A stretch of DNA of 64,000 nt from Chrysomallon squamiferum (lineage: Eukaryota > Animalia > Mollusca): NCBI GenBank assembly GCA_012295275.1, contig CM022670.1:5394001-5458000 (forward strand). The letters are read 5' to 3'. Under the pieces are notes generated by a model that was not told where the DNA came from, searched no databases, and saw nothing but the letters and a program-made list of their open reading frames with translations. This document shows, one piece after another, positions 10,920-24,223 of this stretch. The position numbers and the translations under genes are program-made. The number at the start of each line of letters is the position of its first letter. Within the stretch, counting starts at the first letter, position 1.

Positions 10920-11044
10920 TGCACTTGTTCTACGTCACACTGACTGAAGTGCTGTGTGGAATGTAAAGTAGTGCTATATTAAATAGCGTGATAGCTATCC
11001 TGACTTCGTGAACACATGGAAGTCGGAAAGATCATGGTACAGTA
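10920..11044 (+). ncRNA. Box H/ACA snoRNA candidate, copy C
   Basis: Near-identical to copies A and B; ACA at 11039-11041. Confidence 0.85.
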
Positions 11045-11497
11045 CAAACGATTATTTTGAAGAATTCCATTGTTTGTTTTAATTGTTAAGTTTATACGTA
11101 TTCAAGTTATTTGTTATTTTCCTCTTCTTCTTTCTAAAGAGTATAATTATTTTCGCCATATTGATATTCTTTGTCGACTGAAATACTGCTATACTTGCTG
11201 CCCTGATTTCCTTCATAGAGAGAAATCGGAAAATTCATAGTATAAAATATTATGTAATTAAATACAATCTTTATACAGACACTGGACATAGATTAATACT
11301 TACAGATGAATGAATCTTTCAGAAAGAAAAAGGACATAATAATTAAAAATAACTGAAATTTGCCGATTTAGACCTAAAAAACCCCAAATCTGTCATAGTG
11401 CTTATCATAAGTTTATTGTTATGTTATTGCATGAGGGGGAAGAAAATAATAGTTTTTCAAAGGGTTGAGTAACTAGAAACGGCAAAATGAAGTGTCG

Positions 11498-11570
11498 GCC
11501 GGAATAGCTCAGTTGGGAGAGCGTTAGACTGAAGATCTAAAGGCCCCCGGTTCAATCCCGGGTTCCGGCA
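11498..11570 (+). tRNA. tRNA-Phe(GAA), copy 8
   Basis: Identical to copy 2. Confidence 0.97.
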
Positions 11571-11739
11571 CAGAGCAAGTCGGACTCTGGCGGTCGACCA
11601 ATGTTTTTAATTTTAGTTATATGTTTAATACCGTGTTTTTTAATAGGTTTGAACTGTCATCAGTTATTTTATTTACTTTTAATATTTTTCTGTCGTGTTA
11701 ACTTTCGTAATAACATTAAACTGTATTATAAATAAATAA

Positions 11740-11771
<32 letters not shown>

Positions 11772-12773
11772 AAACGGTATAGTTATGCTTTTAATTCTCC
11801 GGAGTAATAGGTACAAATGTTTCATAAGACTGAGTCGTCGTTATACATCTATTTCATTTCTTTCTTTTTTTTTTCCTTTTCTGTTCCAGCCGCTTTCTTT
11901 AACACGGTCATTCACCGTACTATTGAAGACCTATTTGCTATTGATCAGTTTATGAAACGTAATAAAACTCATAAACATAAGCAACAGAAAGTAACAGGTG
12001 TTCACTCTGGTGTGAATTTAAATTAAACATTTGATTAACAATGAATGGTTATTTTACGAACAAATTATTCGTCTTTATATATATATATATATATATATAT
12101 GCGTGTGTGTGTGTGTTAGTGTCTGTGTGTGTATGTAGGTGTTTATATATGTGTGCATGTTCTTTGTTGTTTGTGTTTGTATACTGCATGCCGTGACTAC
12201 ACCCTTTTTGAAATGAGGCAAAAACACTTTTTGAAATCGCCGAGCGGAGCAGAGTAATAAAATTTGGGCGAGGCGGCCGCCTAAGTCCTTCATCGCAACG
12301 ATGTGTGTAGACTTCACATGGTGACCGTAGACGTAACCTAATTCATTCAATGGATACCGTTTTTGTCGCAATGGAGATTTATATTTTATATTTTTTAATA
12401 AAATCTTTGTCAAAAAATAAAATAATAAATAAGTAAATAAATAAATAAATGCAATTTCGGAATGAGGTGTTTGCCTCAATGTAGTTATGGCCATGTATTC
12501 TCTACTATTTTTTTTTTTTTTTTTTTTGTATTGTTGTTGTTACAACAACATAATAATAAATAAATAAGAATAGAAGGAAGTAAATAAATCGATCACACGT
12601 TATATTATCATAAAATGTAATATTATTCAGTACATGAAACAAACTGTAAATTTTAAAAAAGTAAGAAAAACATGTATGACTTTTTCAGAAGACTAAAGAA
12701 ACAAAAATGTCTTTAAGAACCAGCAACTAATGATCAATGAATGGCGACCAAAGAGAACCTTAAACAATTTTTC

Positions 12774-12804
<31 letters not shown>

Positions 12805-13486
12805 ATTTTACTGTATTTATTTGTTTTTTGTTTCTTTCTTTCTTTCTTTCTTACTGTCCATTTATTTTATTTTTTTTTATTATTATTTTTTTTTTTTTCT
12901 TTTTTCGAACGTTCTTAAAAGATACTGAGTGTCGGTTTATCAGAATACAAAAGAAGTTTTTCTCTGGTTCATGTGTCAGGGACAAAAGTTTTGTGTAAGG
13001 ACGAATATTACTATTCAACGAATATTTTACAGTGTGTTCTTTTCTTTTCTTTCTTTGTTTATTTGTTTGTTTATTTGTTTTTATTCATTTATTTATTTTA
13101 ATTTAATTTTAAATTTATGATTACTATTATTATTATATTAATTTTTTTTTTAATTTTAATTTTAATTTTTTTATTTTAATATATTTATTAATGTTTCTTT
13201 TTGTCTCTTTTTTAAAAGTCAGACAAAGAAACGTGAGGTTGTTTCGGGTTACAGCAGCAGTATGAAGGAAAGGGAAACTACAGATTTGCTCACTTTACGA
13301 TAAAAGCGTTAATGGAAGGAAATGTTTCTGGGTCTGATGTTCAGAAAATATTTCCGCTGATAAATTCTGGTCGCGTTTATCTCGGTTTTTCTCAAAGGTC
13401 ATTTCTGCCATAATTATAATGATTGTTATATCTGGATTTCCGCGATTTCCCCATCCTAGTAACCTTTAAACGTTATATATATATAA

Positions 13487-13537
<51 letters not shown>

Positions 13538-14189
13538 CACAGACATAGCTTCAAACGTATTATCGATGGATGGATGACAACAAAAAATAGAAAGTTGTAC
13601 AGTCAGACAGGTAGATGGATGAACACAAATAATTTACAGACAGTACCTGAGGATTAATGAATGGCGTCCAAAGGAATCCTTAAACATTTTTTCTTTTTTT
13701 TTCTTTCCTTTCTTGTTTTTCTTTTCGTATGTGTACGTGTGTGTGTGTGTGTGTGTGTGTTTTCATATGTACTCATACATACATACATACATACATACAA
13801 GCACATACACATAACCACATAAACATGCATACACAAACGTCGATGTCAGTAGTAATAAAGCTGTATATCTTCCTCAGTTTATTTGTCATTTTTAATTCAT
13901 TTTTTTTTTTTCTTCTTTTTATTTTATTTTCTCAAAAATCCCACTGAACTAATTTATAATAACATATTTTTATCTTCCACAAACTTTTAAAAACGAACTC
14001 TACACACGTCACATTTTATTATTGTTATTGTTTTATTTCTGGTTATCGTTGTTGTTGTTTTGTTTTCCTAATTCCCAAACTGGGCCTTCTGCACTTCACA
14101 CAAAGATTATTACACGTTATCAGCAGCATTATTCTCTTCCTGTAAAATTAACAATAACTTCTTAAGTAACTTGAATCTTGCAGAGACGT

Positions 14190-14460
14190 AACCTACTCGA
14201 CTGCGTTTGGGAAAACTGTCAGTTTCCTGTTCTTTGCTTGTAGCGCGACCCGGACTCGAGGCGACTTGGTGAAAACTTCGCTTCCGTATCGACCCGGGGC
14301 CGGCTCAACACCGTTTGCCGCCATTTGCATTATCTGCTTCCTCGTCAAACTCGTTTGCTCCTTTCGGTGTTTAGCTCGTGTGACGTCACTTGTGATTTTG
14401 ACAAAACTGTTGGAGCAGTGTGAGGACGATGTTAACACGTGGCTCCTTTTCGTTACAGCC
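14190..14460. promoter_or_regulatory. CpG-rich promoter/enhancer-like patch
   Basis: GCCGCCATTT (YY1-like, 14317), ATTTGCAT (octamer, 14323), TGACGTCA (CRE, 14381), CACGTG (E-box, 14436) and several TTCC cores within 270 bp. Confidence 0.5.
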
Positions 14461-14547
14461 TAACTTTTTTATTATTACTTTTTTTTTTTTTTTTTTTTTA
14501 ATTATATTTTTTGTATCCATCCTTTTATTCTTTGATCTGTTGCGTTT

Positions 14548-14617
<70 letters not shown>

Positions 14618-14631
14618 ACAGATATATAGTC

Positions 14632-14662
<31 letters not shown>

Positions 14663-14752
14663 AACCAACTAAAACCTGAATAACATCAGTATTGACTGAA
14701 ATGGAAACTAAATAAATATATCCACCTACAAGCATTCTTCCTAATAAATTAA

Positions 14753-14800
<48 letters not shown>

Positions 14801-15236
14801 TAATATTAAGGGAAGTGAAAGGGGAAACATTTGATAACGGTGTCCCAGTTCTTGCTCCTAACAGCCAGCTGAAAAGATGTGTTACTAACACAATGAAAAT
14901 GCTTCAAGAACGTTAACCCTGGACAGGCGTTCCTCATAGCAGCTGGTTTGTAACGTTTCTAAAGTTGAAACTTCCGCAATCCATATAATAACAGTGAAGA
15001 AATATTACTGATCAACAACATCTGTTGTGAAGGCATGTTACTGTGAAATTTGTAAACTTTGAATGCACATGCAGTCATTAATGTATACATGTTTACCTAC
15101 AATCTGTAGGTTTCCGATAATATGTTATTGGAATGCAGAAACCAGCTTTTACTATTAATACAAATGTTCAGTAAAATAAAGATTCAGTGACTATTCGTCA
15201 GGGTTCTTTTCCTTTTTGCTACTACTACTTGTGATG

Positions 15237-15294
<58 letters not shown>

Positions 15295-17194
15295 TAACAA
15301 TAATAACAATAATGAAAATAATTAATTAATTAATAAATCAATAACGATAGCTATTAGATGTGGCTACATTTTATATAATCATAAATTAAGTCTGAACATT
15401 TTTGTACATATAAACCATGAATCGACGCATACATTTCATATTATATATATATATATATATATAATTATGTATGAGTAATAATTACTGGTCAGATTAAAAT
15501 AAGTTAGAACTATTCAGCTTATATTTAACTATAAATTATGACGTGACTACAATAAATCCTGCAGCTAAACCGGTCTCTGATTAATATTAAATCCTTAAAG
15601 TCTATTTCGAGTGAACTGAATATACTGTGAACATCAGCTTTTAAATCTACCACCAAAGGTAAACATTAAAGTACGAAAATTTATATCTGTGGTAAAAGGT
15701 TCCTAAAAACTGCATGTTAAAAAATATTGAACATTTACATAATTGTTTTAAACTTTTTATTCTATAAAAATACTTTTGAAGTTTATATTCTCGTAATAAT
15801 AATAATAATAATAATTTTCATAATCATAATAAATATACTGAGCATGTGCATAAGATTATCATTCAGTTTAGTATATTATTACTATTACTAATTTAAATTA
15901 AACAATCAAATCATGTGACAACACGTTCGACAACCTATGACAAATTATCCATACGAGACTTGAAACTGTGTTAGATACCAGTTTCACGATTTACTCTTGA
16001 TTTTATTTCAAAGGAACAAATAATGTGTGTTATTGGTAATATCTCAAGTAACTGTTTATCACAATCTAATTTACTGTAATTTAGACACCGAAACATGTTC
16101 CACATCATTGTAGAAAAGAGAGTAATAATATTAACATGCCAACGAAAATTAACAATACGAATCGAATCGACAGTACTCCGATTTCCTTTTGAAGGACTTC
16201 GTGTTTGTAATGAAATTCAGCGTATAAATAAACTACAAGAGAATACTAATAATAACGTGCACCGTGGTTCATTACGTTTCTTTTTATAGCTTTGGGCTTT
16301 AATTAAGTCGTCTTAATAATTAGCTGGATACGACAGATTTCGATTTTTGCCCTAGGTTTAATTATGGATTAATTAATGAAATATAATCTAAAAATATTTC
16401 CAAATAATTGTTTTATTTGTTTCTAGCGACAAATCCTTCAACAACAACAACATCAACAACAACAATAAAAATATATTAACAACTGTAATAATAAACATCA
16501 AAGGTCACACTTTTAAATATATCAAGCCCGGTATGATTCATCATGAAGGCTGCCATTATTTTTCTTTCGTCTGAATTCATGACGTCACGACTTAGATGAA
16601 AAACAGACCAGACAAACCCGGATACACAAACGTGGCGACATGGTAAAGTTTCACCTCAGTGACTTAACTGCACACAGTCAGTCTACAACACAAACCCTTA
16701 AAGTCTTTTGAAGTGGTTTTTTTTTTTTTTTTTAATATTCTTTGAAAATAACTTATAAATACATTCAATAATAAGAATACACCTGACAAGAACACATATT
16801 TATTTTTTACTAAATAGCCCGAAGCTTGTTATTTAATTGTTATTATTATTACTGTTATGAATATCTGACGCTGAAAGCAAACAGACGACAATGTGAGAGA
16901 AAATGCTGCGCGAACGTGAAGCTAATCGTAAACAAGCTTATTTATGTTATCGTACTTCGATCAGCTTTTCATGTTTCTATTTTCGTTGCACGCATTCCAG
17001 CTGCTGTACCTGTTTACATCGACTTGTCAATGTCGGAGACACTGCTTGTGTCGTTACGGAGTAACAATAAATACACACAATACTCTAGGAAAGAAAATAA
17101 ATTCTCTCATTCATCGATTTTGACATTTATTTCTGCTTTTGTTTGTGTATTTTATTTTATTTATATAATTCCTTTGTTCTTATTTTCTGTCGGG

Positions 17195-17229
<35 letters not shown>

Positions 17230-18117
17230 CCATCCATCCATCCATCCATCCATCTGTCTACCTACCTACCTATTTAAAAAAAAAAAAAAAAATTCTTTTT
17301 TTTTTTCAATTTTTATTTCTCTTATTCAACAACAGAATTTATTTTTCCGCACGATTTCCATAAATAAAGAATTACGACATTCAGCGTTGCTTTTCAACCA
17401 ATCAATAAGACGAGATGGGTTGCTAATGAGCTGGAATAAAACTGATAGTGCCTTAAAAACACCGCCGGAGCCGCATACGACCGAGTTAGCACGTTCATCC
17501 CTGCGCTGTCAACGACCTAGCGAACGTATTGAGACCAGCGTCTGTGCCGTTGATGATGCGATTGCACCAAATGGTCACAACGTGTCTATAAATACTGAGG
17601 AATCGATAGCGTGTGTACAGAACTGTTCTGAGCTCAATGCTAACTGCCGAGTAACGTTTGACGTATGAAAACATCTCGAACGGTTTTCAGCGACACATTA
17701 GCTAGGATGTCATGACGATCTAGGAGGTTGTTCAGTAGTGAAATATATAAAAAACATGTTTATCATATATGTATGGCCGATGTCTGTCTGTTGTCTGTCT
17801 TTATTTATGAAAATGTCTCGTTAAATGTTTCTATAGATATATATAGTTTTAAGGGTTTTCATCTGTTCATTGGAACTATTTTTCTGTAAGTGCATCGGCC
17901 TAACTAGCTACCTTTGATACACCTTCTGTTTGTTCTTATTATCGTCATCAGCATCATCAATATCATTGTTGCTGTTGTGAAGAAACTCCAAATGAATGAG
18001 CATGAAGAGGAAGCGGAAATCAACGTAAGAAAATAATTTCCGGTATTCAAGATAAGGTCGATAACTCACGGAAGCTAAATCGTAATAATACATTTTTAAA
18101 TTAAAAATGATAAATCA

Positions 18118-18168
<51 letters not shown>

Positions 18169-18840
18169 TAATAAATAAATAAATAATAAAAACAGAAATA
18201 ATAATAAATGAATAAAGAAAGAAAGAAAGAAAGAAAGAAAAATAAAGAAAAGCAAAGGATGAACAAATTTGTTTGTTTTTTTTTGGTTAATTTAATTATT
18301 TGTAACTTATATAAAAAAATCTTTATAACTAAATAAACTATTCGCACCATGTTTTTATTTTGTAGTTGTTTTTAATATTATTTATCTTTGCTGTTGTTGT
18401 TTACTGTCTCTGTCATTAATCTCTACAATCCCTGTAATACACACACCACTCCTTCTTTTGATAACGACATTATATAAATATTAACGAAAACACTTGTCTA
18501 TTCAAAAATACTTGAAACTGTCTGCAATCTACCTGTCCCCGTTGCTATTTGCGACCGTATAAATGTTTTCCTGGGCTTGGCAATAAATATTTGGTTACCT
18601 ACAATGACTCGTCCTCATATCTGTTTCACCGAAGGCATACCTGAGGGCTTTTCATACAAGGAAACATATCCATGGGTAGCCACCCTAGATAAACAAGTTC
18701 TTCTTTTTTTTCTATTTCCTCCAGCAGTAAACGGGTTTTATGTTATCAGTACAGCAGATCTATTCAAATCGTGACCCAGCTTTTTAGCTTGTTTGGTACG
18801 TCTAAAAATAACCTAAACGGAAATAAAACATGTTTCTTTA

Positions 18841-18874
<34 letters not shown>

Positions 18875-19542
18875 TGTCAACAAGCATTCAGGATACCTTT
18901 GACTGAGAGCGCTGACCCTTAGGTTAAAAAAAAATAAATAGAAAAAATTCGGCCAACCCATGGAGATGTAACCTTGACGTACATGGGCAGAACGAGTCTC
19001 GACTTGTGGCTCTGTGCTTTACACGATTTTAAGTTTAAAAATGTATTTAAAAAAAAAAAAAAAATAAAAAAAATAGGGAGATAACAATATCAAGTAATTT
19101 CGTCCATATCTGGTCCTAATTCTGATCATTGTAAGCACGTTAATATCTTTATGTTAAAACATCTCATTTAACAGACATTTTAACTGAGTGTATAAATACA
19201 TGACAAACGTGCTTGGATTCTAAACATGAACAGACAAAATCTTAATAACTATTGATATTAGCATTATTGTAATGATTTATAAGGACGGATTACAAGAATT
19301 CCAGATAAAGAAGGGTTCTGTAACTGAAATATGAAGTGAGTTTCTCAGTACAAAAATAATTTTAAATACAAAATACATGAACAAGACATCCCAGTATTTT
19401 CACCTTTGATTAATGAATTTCAATAACACGTTATTTGGAATCTGAAATAATAATATAAAACAAAAATTTCTTTTAAAATAATGCATCATCATAGCATATC
19501 CTTTTTCTCAATTTCTTTCTGTTTTTCTCGTTCATTCTCATT

Positions 19543-19587
<45 letters not shown>

Positions 19588-20997
19588 ACTCACTCACACA
19601 CACAATCTCGTATGCTGGTTCAGTAGAGTTAATTATATAATAACAACCACATGTATGTAGACGCACACTAATTTGATTATATAACGTAGTTAATACTCCA
19701 CAGTGTTTATTTCTGTCGTAATTATTAAAACCAGACATAAGTAACTAACATCTAAGTCATAAAAACACAAAAATACCAGACGTTATTTACAACCAGCCAA
19801 CGTTGTTATGACGTTGCATTCTGCAGGACTGTCGTTGCTCGGCAGCTGCGCTATTTCTGTTCCGTAATGAGCATGTTATTCTTGTCCTCAACGTCGTTGC
19901 CGTTGTCGTTGCTGTTGCTCACATTTGCATGTCGTCATTGTTAAGATCACCTGTGTCATACTGGCTGGCAGATATTGATCTAAACAGAACAACATTTCGA
20001 AAATCGACGTGTTAAAATAACAACTTGCAATTCGTTCAACATCACCATCTTGTTGTTGTTGTTGTTTTTCTTCTTCTTGTTTTGTTTTTTGTTTTGTTTT
20101 GTTTTGTTTTTGTATTTTTTTTTATGTTCTGTGTGTGTGTGTGTGCGTGTGTGTGTGTGTGCCGTTTATTAATGTAACTTTATTTTGTCTTTTTCTATTC
20201 TCACTATTCCATTTTTTTAGTTTTTTTTTTTTTTAGTTTTTTTTTGACCCGTTTATCCATATCTCTCCATTACAGCTCTTGAGTTAAAGCGCCTTAATAA
20301 TAATCATAAATAATACATTTAGATCAATCAAATATTGCGTAGTCTGTTGCGCAATACCCGGTTTACAAACCTGTTTCTTTAAAATGATTATTGAACTGTT
20401 CTTAACGTCCAAACAATCAACGTCCTTCGACGTAAACAGGAAAATGTATCAAGCTGACAAAGCAACCCGTGACTGTGTGAAACTGAAACAACACAATAAC
20501 GTAATACAGTTCTTTCTGCACCTTCGTGTGCAAAACTAGGTCAGTGACCCAGATACGAATGAGAATTTGAACACTTTAGTTAGGAAGGCAAAAGATCATA
20601 AGCTCGATCGACCCGTGCTTGTTGAAAATAATAAATTAATATGATAATATTATATAAATGTGAAGCAACCCGCTGTTATTATTAGCGTCGACATTTGAAT
20701 TAACAGTCAGGGGTGGAATAATAAATGCACGATATTTAAAAAAAGATACAACAGTTTAAAGAAATTACGACAAATACCGATTAATAAATTCATACAGGAA
20801 ACAAAATTTTAATATGGCCGTTTGCAAACTAGAAAAAACTATTGACGGTATTTTCTCTTGTTTGTTTTGGGTTTTTTTTTTGGGGGTTCTTGGCTGTTTT
20901 TTTTTTTTATTTGTTTTTTTAATTTTATATATTTATTTCATTTTATTTTATTTTTTATTTTATTCTATTTTATTCTATTTTATTCTATTATTATTAT

Positions 20998-21029
<32 letters not shown>

Positions 21030-21439
21030 ACATATAATGATACTTTTTATAAAAAAAATAAATAAAATAAGAACCTACAACAACAACAAAATGGTGATAC
21101 TGAACAAATTATAAGTTGTTGAAACCCGACAATTTTCAAGATGTTCTCTTCAGATCAATCAGCAGTTACACACAAACGACACACGTTACCCATACATACA
21201 CCCAAACACAGTTAACACACACACACACACACAACACACATACATACATTCACAGACACATTGTTGATTTTGGGTTGATATATATGTTTTTTAGGATGAA
21301 GTTTTGTTGTTGTTTTTTTTGTTGTATTTTATTATTATTATTATTATTGTTAGTGTCGTTGTTGTTGTTATTGCTGTTGTTGTTGTTATATCATCATAAA
21401 TATTATTTATTTATATTCTGTTTTATATTTATTTTACTT

Positions 21440-21690
21440 TTTTATTTTATGTGAACCATGCTAAAATAATCATTTGAAAATATTTAAATATAATTTTATT
21501 TATTTTTATTTCATTTAAATTTTATATATTATTGACTAATTTTATTGAAGTATTTTTTTTACTTCTTTTATTTTTATGTGAATTGTGCTAAAATAATCAT
21601 AAAAATATTTTATCTTATTTATTATTTATTTACTGTTTTATTTTTTACAATTTTTATATGAATTGTACAAAAATTATCTTATAAAATTTT
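21440..21690. repeat. Degenerate AT-rich tandem repeat, 3 copies
   Basis: TTTTAT(G/A)TGAA....G..AAAAT.ATC recurs near 21445, 21572 and 21652. Confidence 0.6.
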
Positions 21691-21837
21691 ATTTCCCTGT
21701 TTAGGCGCTTTTATTTGTAAATAAAAGTGCGATGTTCACGTGTCTGTTTTTATTATGTAGACGCATAATTTATTATCTTAACAGACTGAATGATGATGAG
21801 AATGGAATCGCTCATATATATATATATATATATATAT

Positions 21838-21881
<44 letters not shown>

Positions 21882-22304
21882 AAATTATGTATACAAGCAT
21901 ATAGGTATATTTTTTCACCTTTTCGCAATAGTGTATATACGCTAATCAAATACTGCTGTACATTTCTTGTCCCATTACATTTACCCTGCAAACTATCTAC
22001 GTACATAGTACGTACATATGTATGTATGTATGCACGTATGTATGTATGTATGTATTCACGTATGTATGATGTATGTATGTATGAATATATATTTGTATGT
22101 CTGTATATTTGTTTGTTTGTATATGTGTATGTGTAAATACATAGGTAGGTAGGTAGGTAGGTAGGCAACTAGATAGGTATTTCTGTATGTACGTATGTAC
22201 AGACTGTATAAATTGCTCCATACTAATAAGAACATATCAGCGATTTTCATCGAACATGAAACAACATTTCAACTAAGACAGAAAAAAATCCCTATACCTA
22301 TATC

Positions 22305-22340
<36 letters not shown>

Positions 22341-22902
22341 TAGTCATAGTACTATTCACATTATTGTATATAAATAAACTGGCTGAGAGTCTGACTTTTT
22401 TTTTTTTTTTTTTTTCTACTAATATCACCCGAGGTGGTGTAAATTCTTTTATACGTATAAATAAACACCCTGAACGTTGGCGACCCCAGACGGTTACACA
22501 GCGGGAGGGAAAAAATGGGACATCCTATCACCTGATGTTTTTGTTCGTCACTGTCATGTTTTCTTATCGCTGTATTTATCTACGTACGTATGATACGAAG
22601 GTGTACGAAGGTCAGTCTTTGTAATCAAAGGTCGACAGCTACCTGCAATACTTAGGTTTCCGGGCGGAAGATTTCCACACGTGACCTGTGACGTATATTC
22701 TGGGTCATATTGTCAGAAACTTGTCAAAGTATGGGGGGGTCTTCTTTTTTTCTTTTTTCTTTTTTTTTTTTTTTTTTTTTGAATTTGAGGAGACATCTAG
22801 ACTTGATATAGTGTAATAATTTTGTTGTCTTTCGTAATATCCTTTCTTTGGTGAGAAGTTGCTCTGTGGGCGTAAAAAACACTTAACACCTACGCAGTGA
22901 AT

Positions 22903-22933
<31 letters not shown>

Positions 22934-23105
22934 CACTTTAAGTCATTTTAATATTTAATAAAGACATTTGCAGTGCAATGCTATGACGTCATGTGATAAC
23001 GATAACACGTTACGTCACATCATGATGTCAAGAATGAATGAATATTGTTTAACAACGCCTAAAACAGATAAAGCAACGGTAGTTAGGTGTGAAACTTGAC
23101 GATTT

Positions 23106-23159
<54 letters not shown>

Positions 23160-24151
23160 AATTATATATATGTTTTCTTTCCTTATTTATTCATTAATTT
23201 ATTTTGTTGTTGTTTCACAGTAGTTCAAAAGAGAGCGTCTCTTTTCAGTTAACATCAAGGGATATTTAATATGAACGCCTCCATAGACAAGAACACTCTC
23301 ACAATAGCATTTTAATCTGCCAGAGGAAGGATTTTTGTTAAAATATAAATTATCACATTACCTGAAACTGTATATCATAAATACATTGTATTATACATAT
23401 CATGTATTGCATTTCCTCGAATCACACCACCTCTCTTATTGTACTGTATCATATCGCTTACTGCGTTAGATCGTTCAGTGTATTCCATGGTAACTATAAT
23501 ATTTATCATACATACATACATACATACATACATACATACGTACTCCGTGATAACACACATACAAAAATACACACATATACATCGTAAATGAGTTCATACC
23601 TTACTGTATTAGTGGTATATTATCTTATCGCTTGTTGTATCGTACTTATTGTATCGTATTGTATTTTACTGCAATATATTGTATTGTTATTTTTTTTTTT
23701 TTTTTTTTTTTTACCATAACGATTATTGTGTGTTGTATCGTATCTGATTTTATTGTATCATATCGGACGCTTTTTGTATGGTATAGTATTATATCGTGCT
23801 GTTTACTGTATGAATGATATCTCGTCGTGTGTCTCAGTGTACTGTGTTATCACGTCATCTGTTCAGGTCACAAAAGACTGTGACTAAGTCTATGGTCGAT
23901 GACGCTGTATTTCATGTTGTAACATAACCAAGCGTTAAATGAGAAACCGTCGTGTTTGCTTACTAGGTGTTCCAATACTGAATATATTATCTACTGCTTA
24001 ACCGAAGACTGGAAGTAATTATGATATCATGATAGCTAAAATAAATATGACCGTAGGAAGATCTAAATAGCTGAAAAGCCTATTTTTGGTATGTTTGTCA
24101 GTGAATATGAGATAGAGAGAGAGTGTGAGTAGGTGTCTGTGTGTGTGTGTG

Positions 24152-24223
<72 letters not shown>

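Larger units (their letters stand above)
8504..11598 (+). repeat. Tandem ~1.0-1.2 kb units (snoRNA - spacer - tRNA-Phe - trailer), three copies
   Basis: 8504-9342 aligns to 9733-10570; about 9350-9915 aligns to 10600-11105; about 11350-11598 aligns to 10312-10570. Confidence 0.92.

Noticed and set aside
929-11598. Repeat-spacer array resembling CRISPR, or a TIR-bounded MITE/SINE (GTCG...CGAC ends)
   Set aside because: The repeats are intact tRNA genes with kilobase, mutually homologous spacers in a eukaryote. There are no target-site duplications or A-tails around the units.
11775-11820. Possible highly decayed snoRNA 3' half after tRNA copy 8 (GTATAGTTAT...CGGAG...GGTACA)
   Set aside because: Similarity is too short and gapped to distinguish from chance by eye.
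14880-14990. Minus-strand peptide CYEERLSRVN resembling the C-terminus of CR1/L2 LINE ORF2
   Set aside because: Only a 5-residue motif; the flanks show no recognisable reverse transcriptase similarity.
16826-17668. Longest ORF in the track (280 aa)
   Set aside because: It runs through ATT, CCAT, poly-A and poly-T tracts, starts at a non-ATG codon and resembles no protein family I know.
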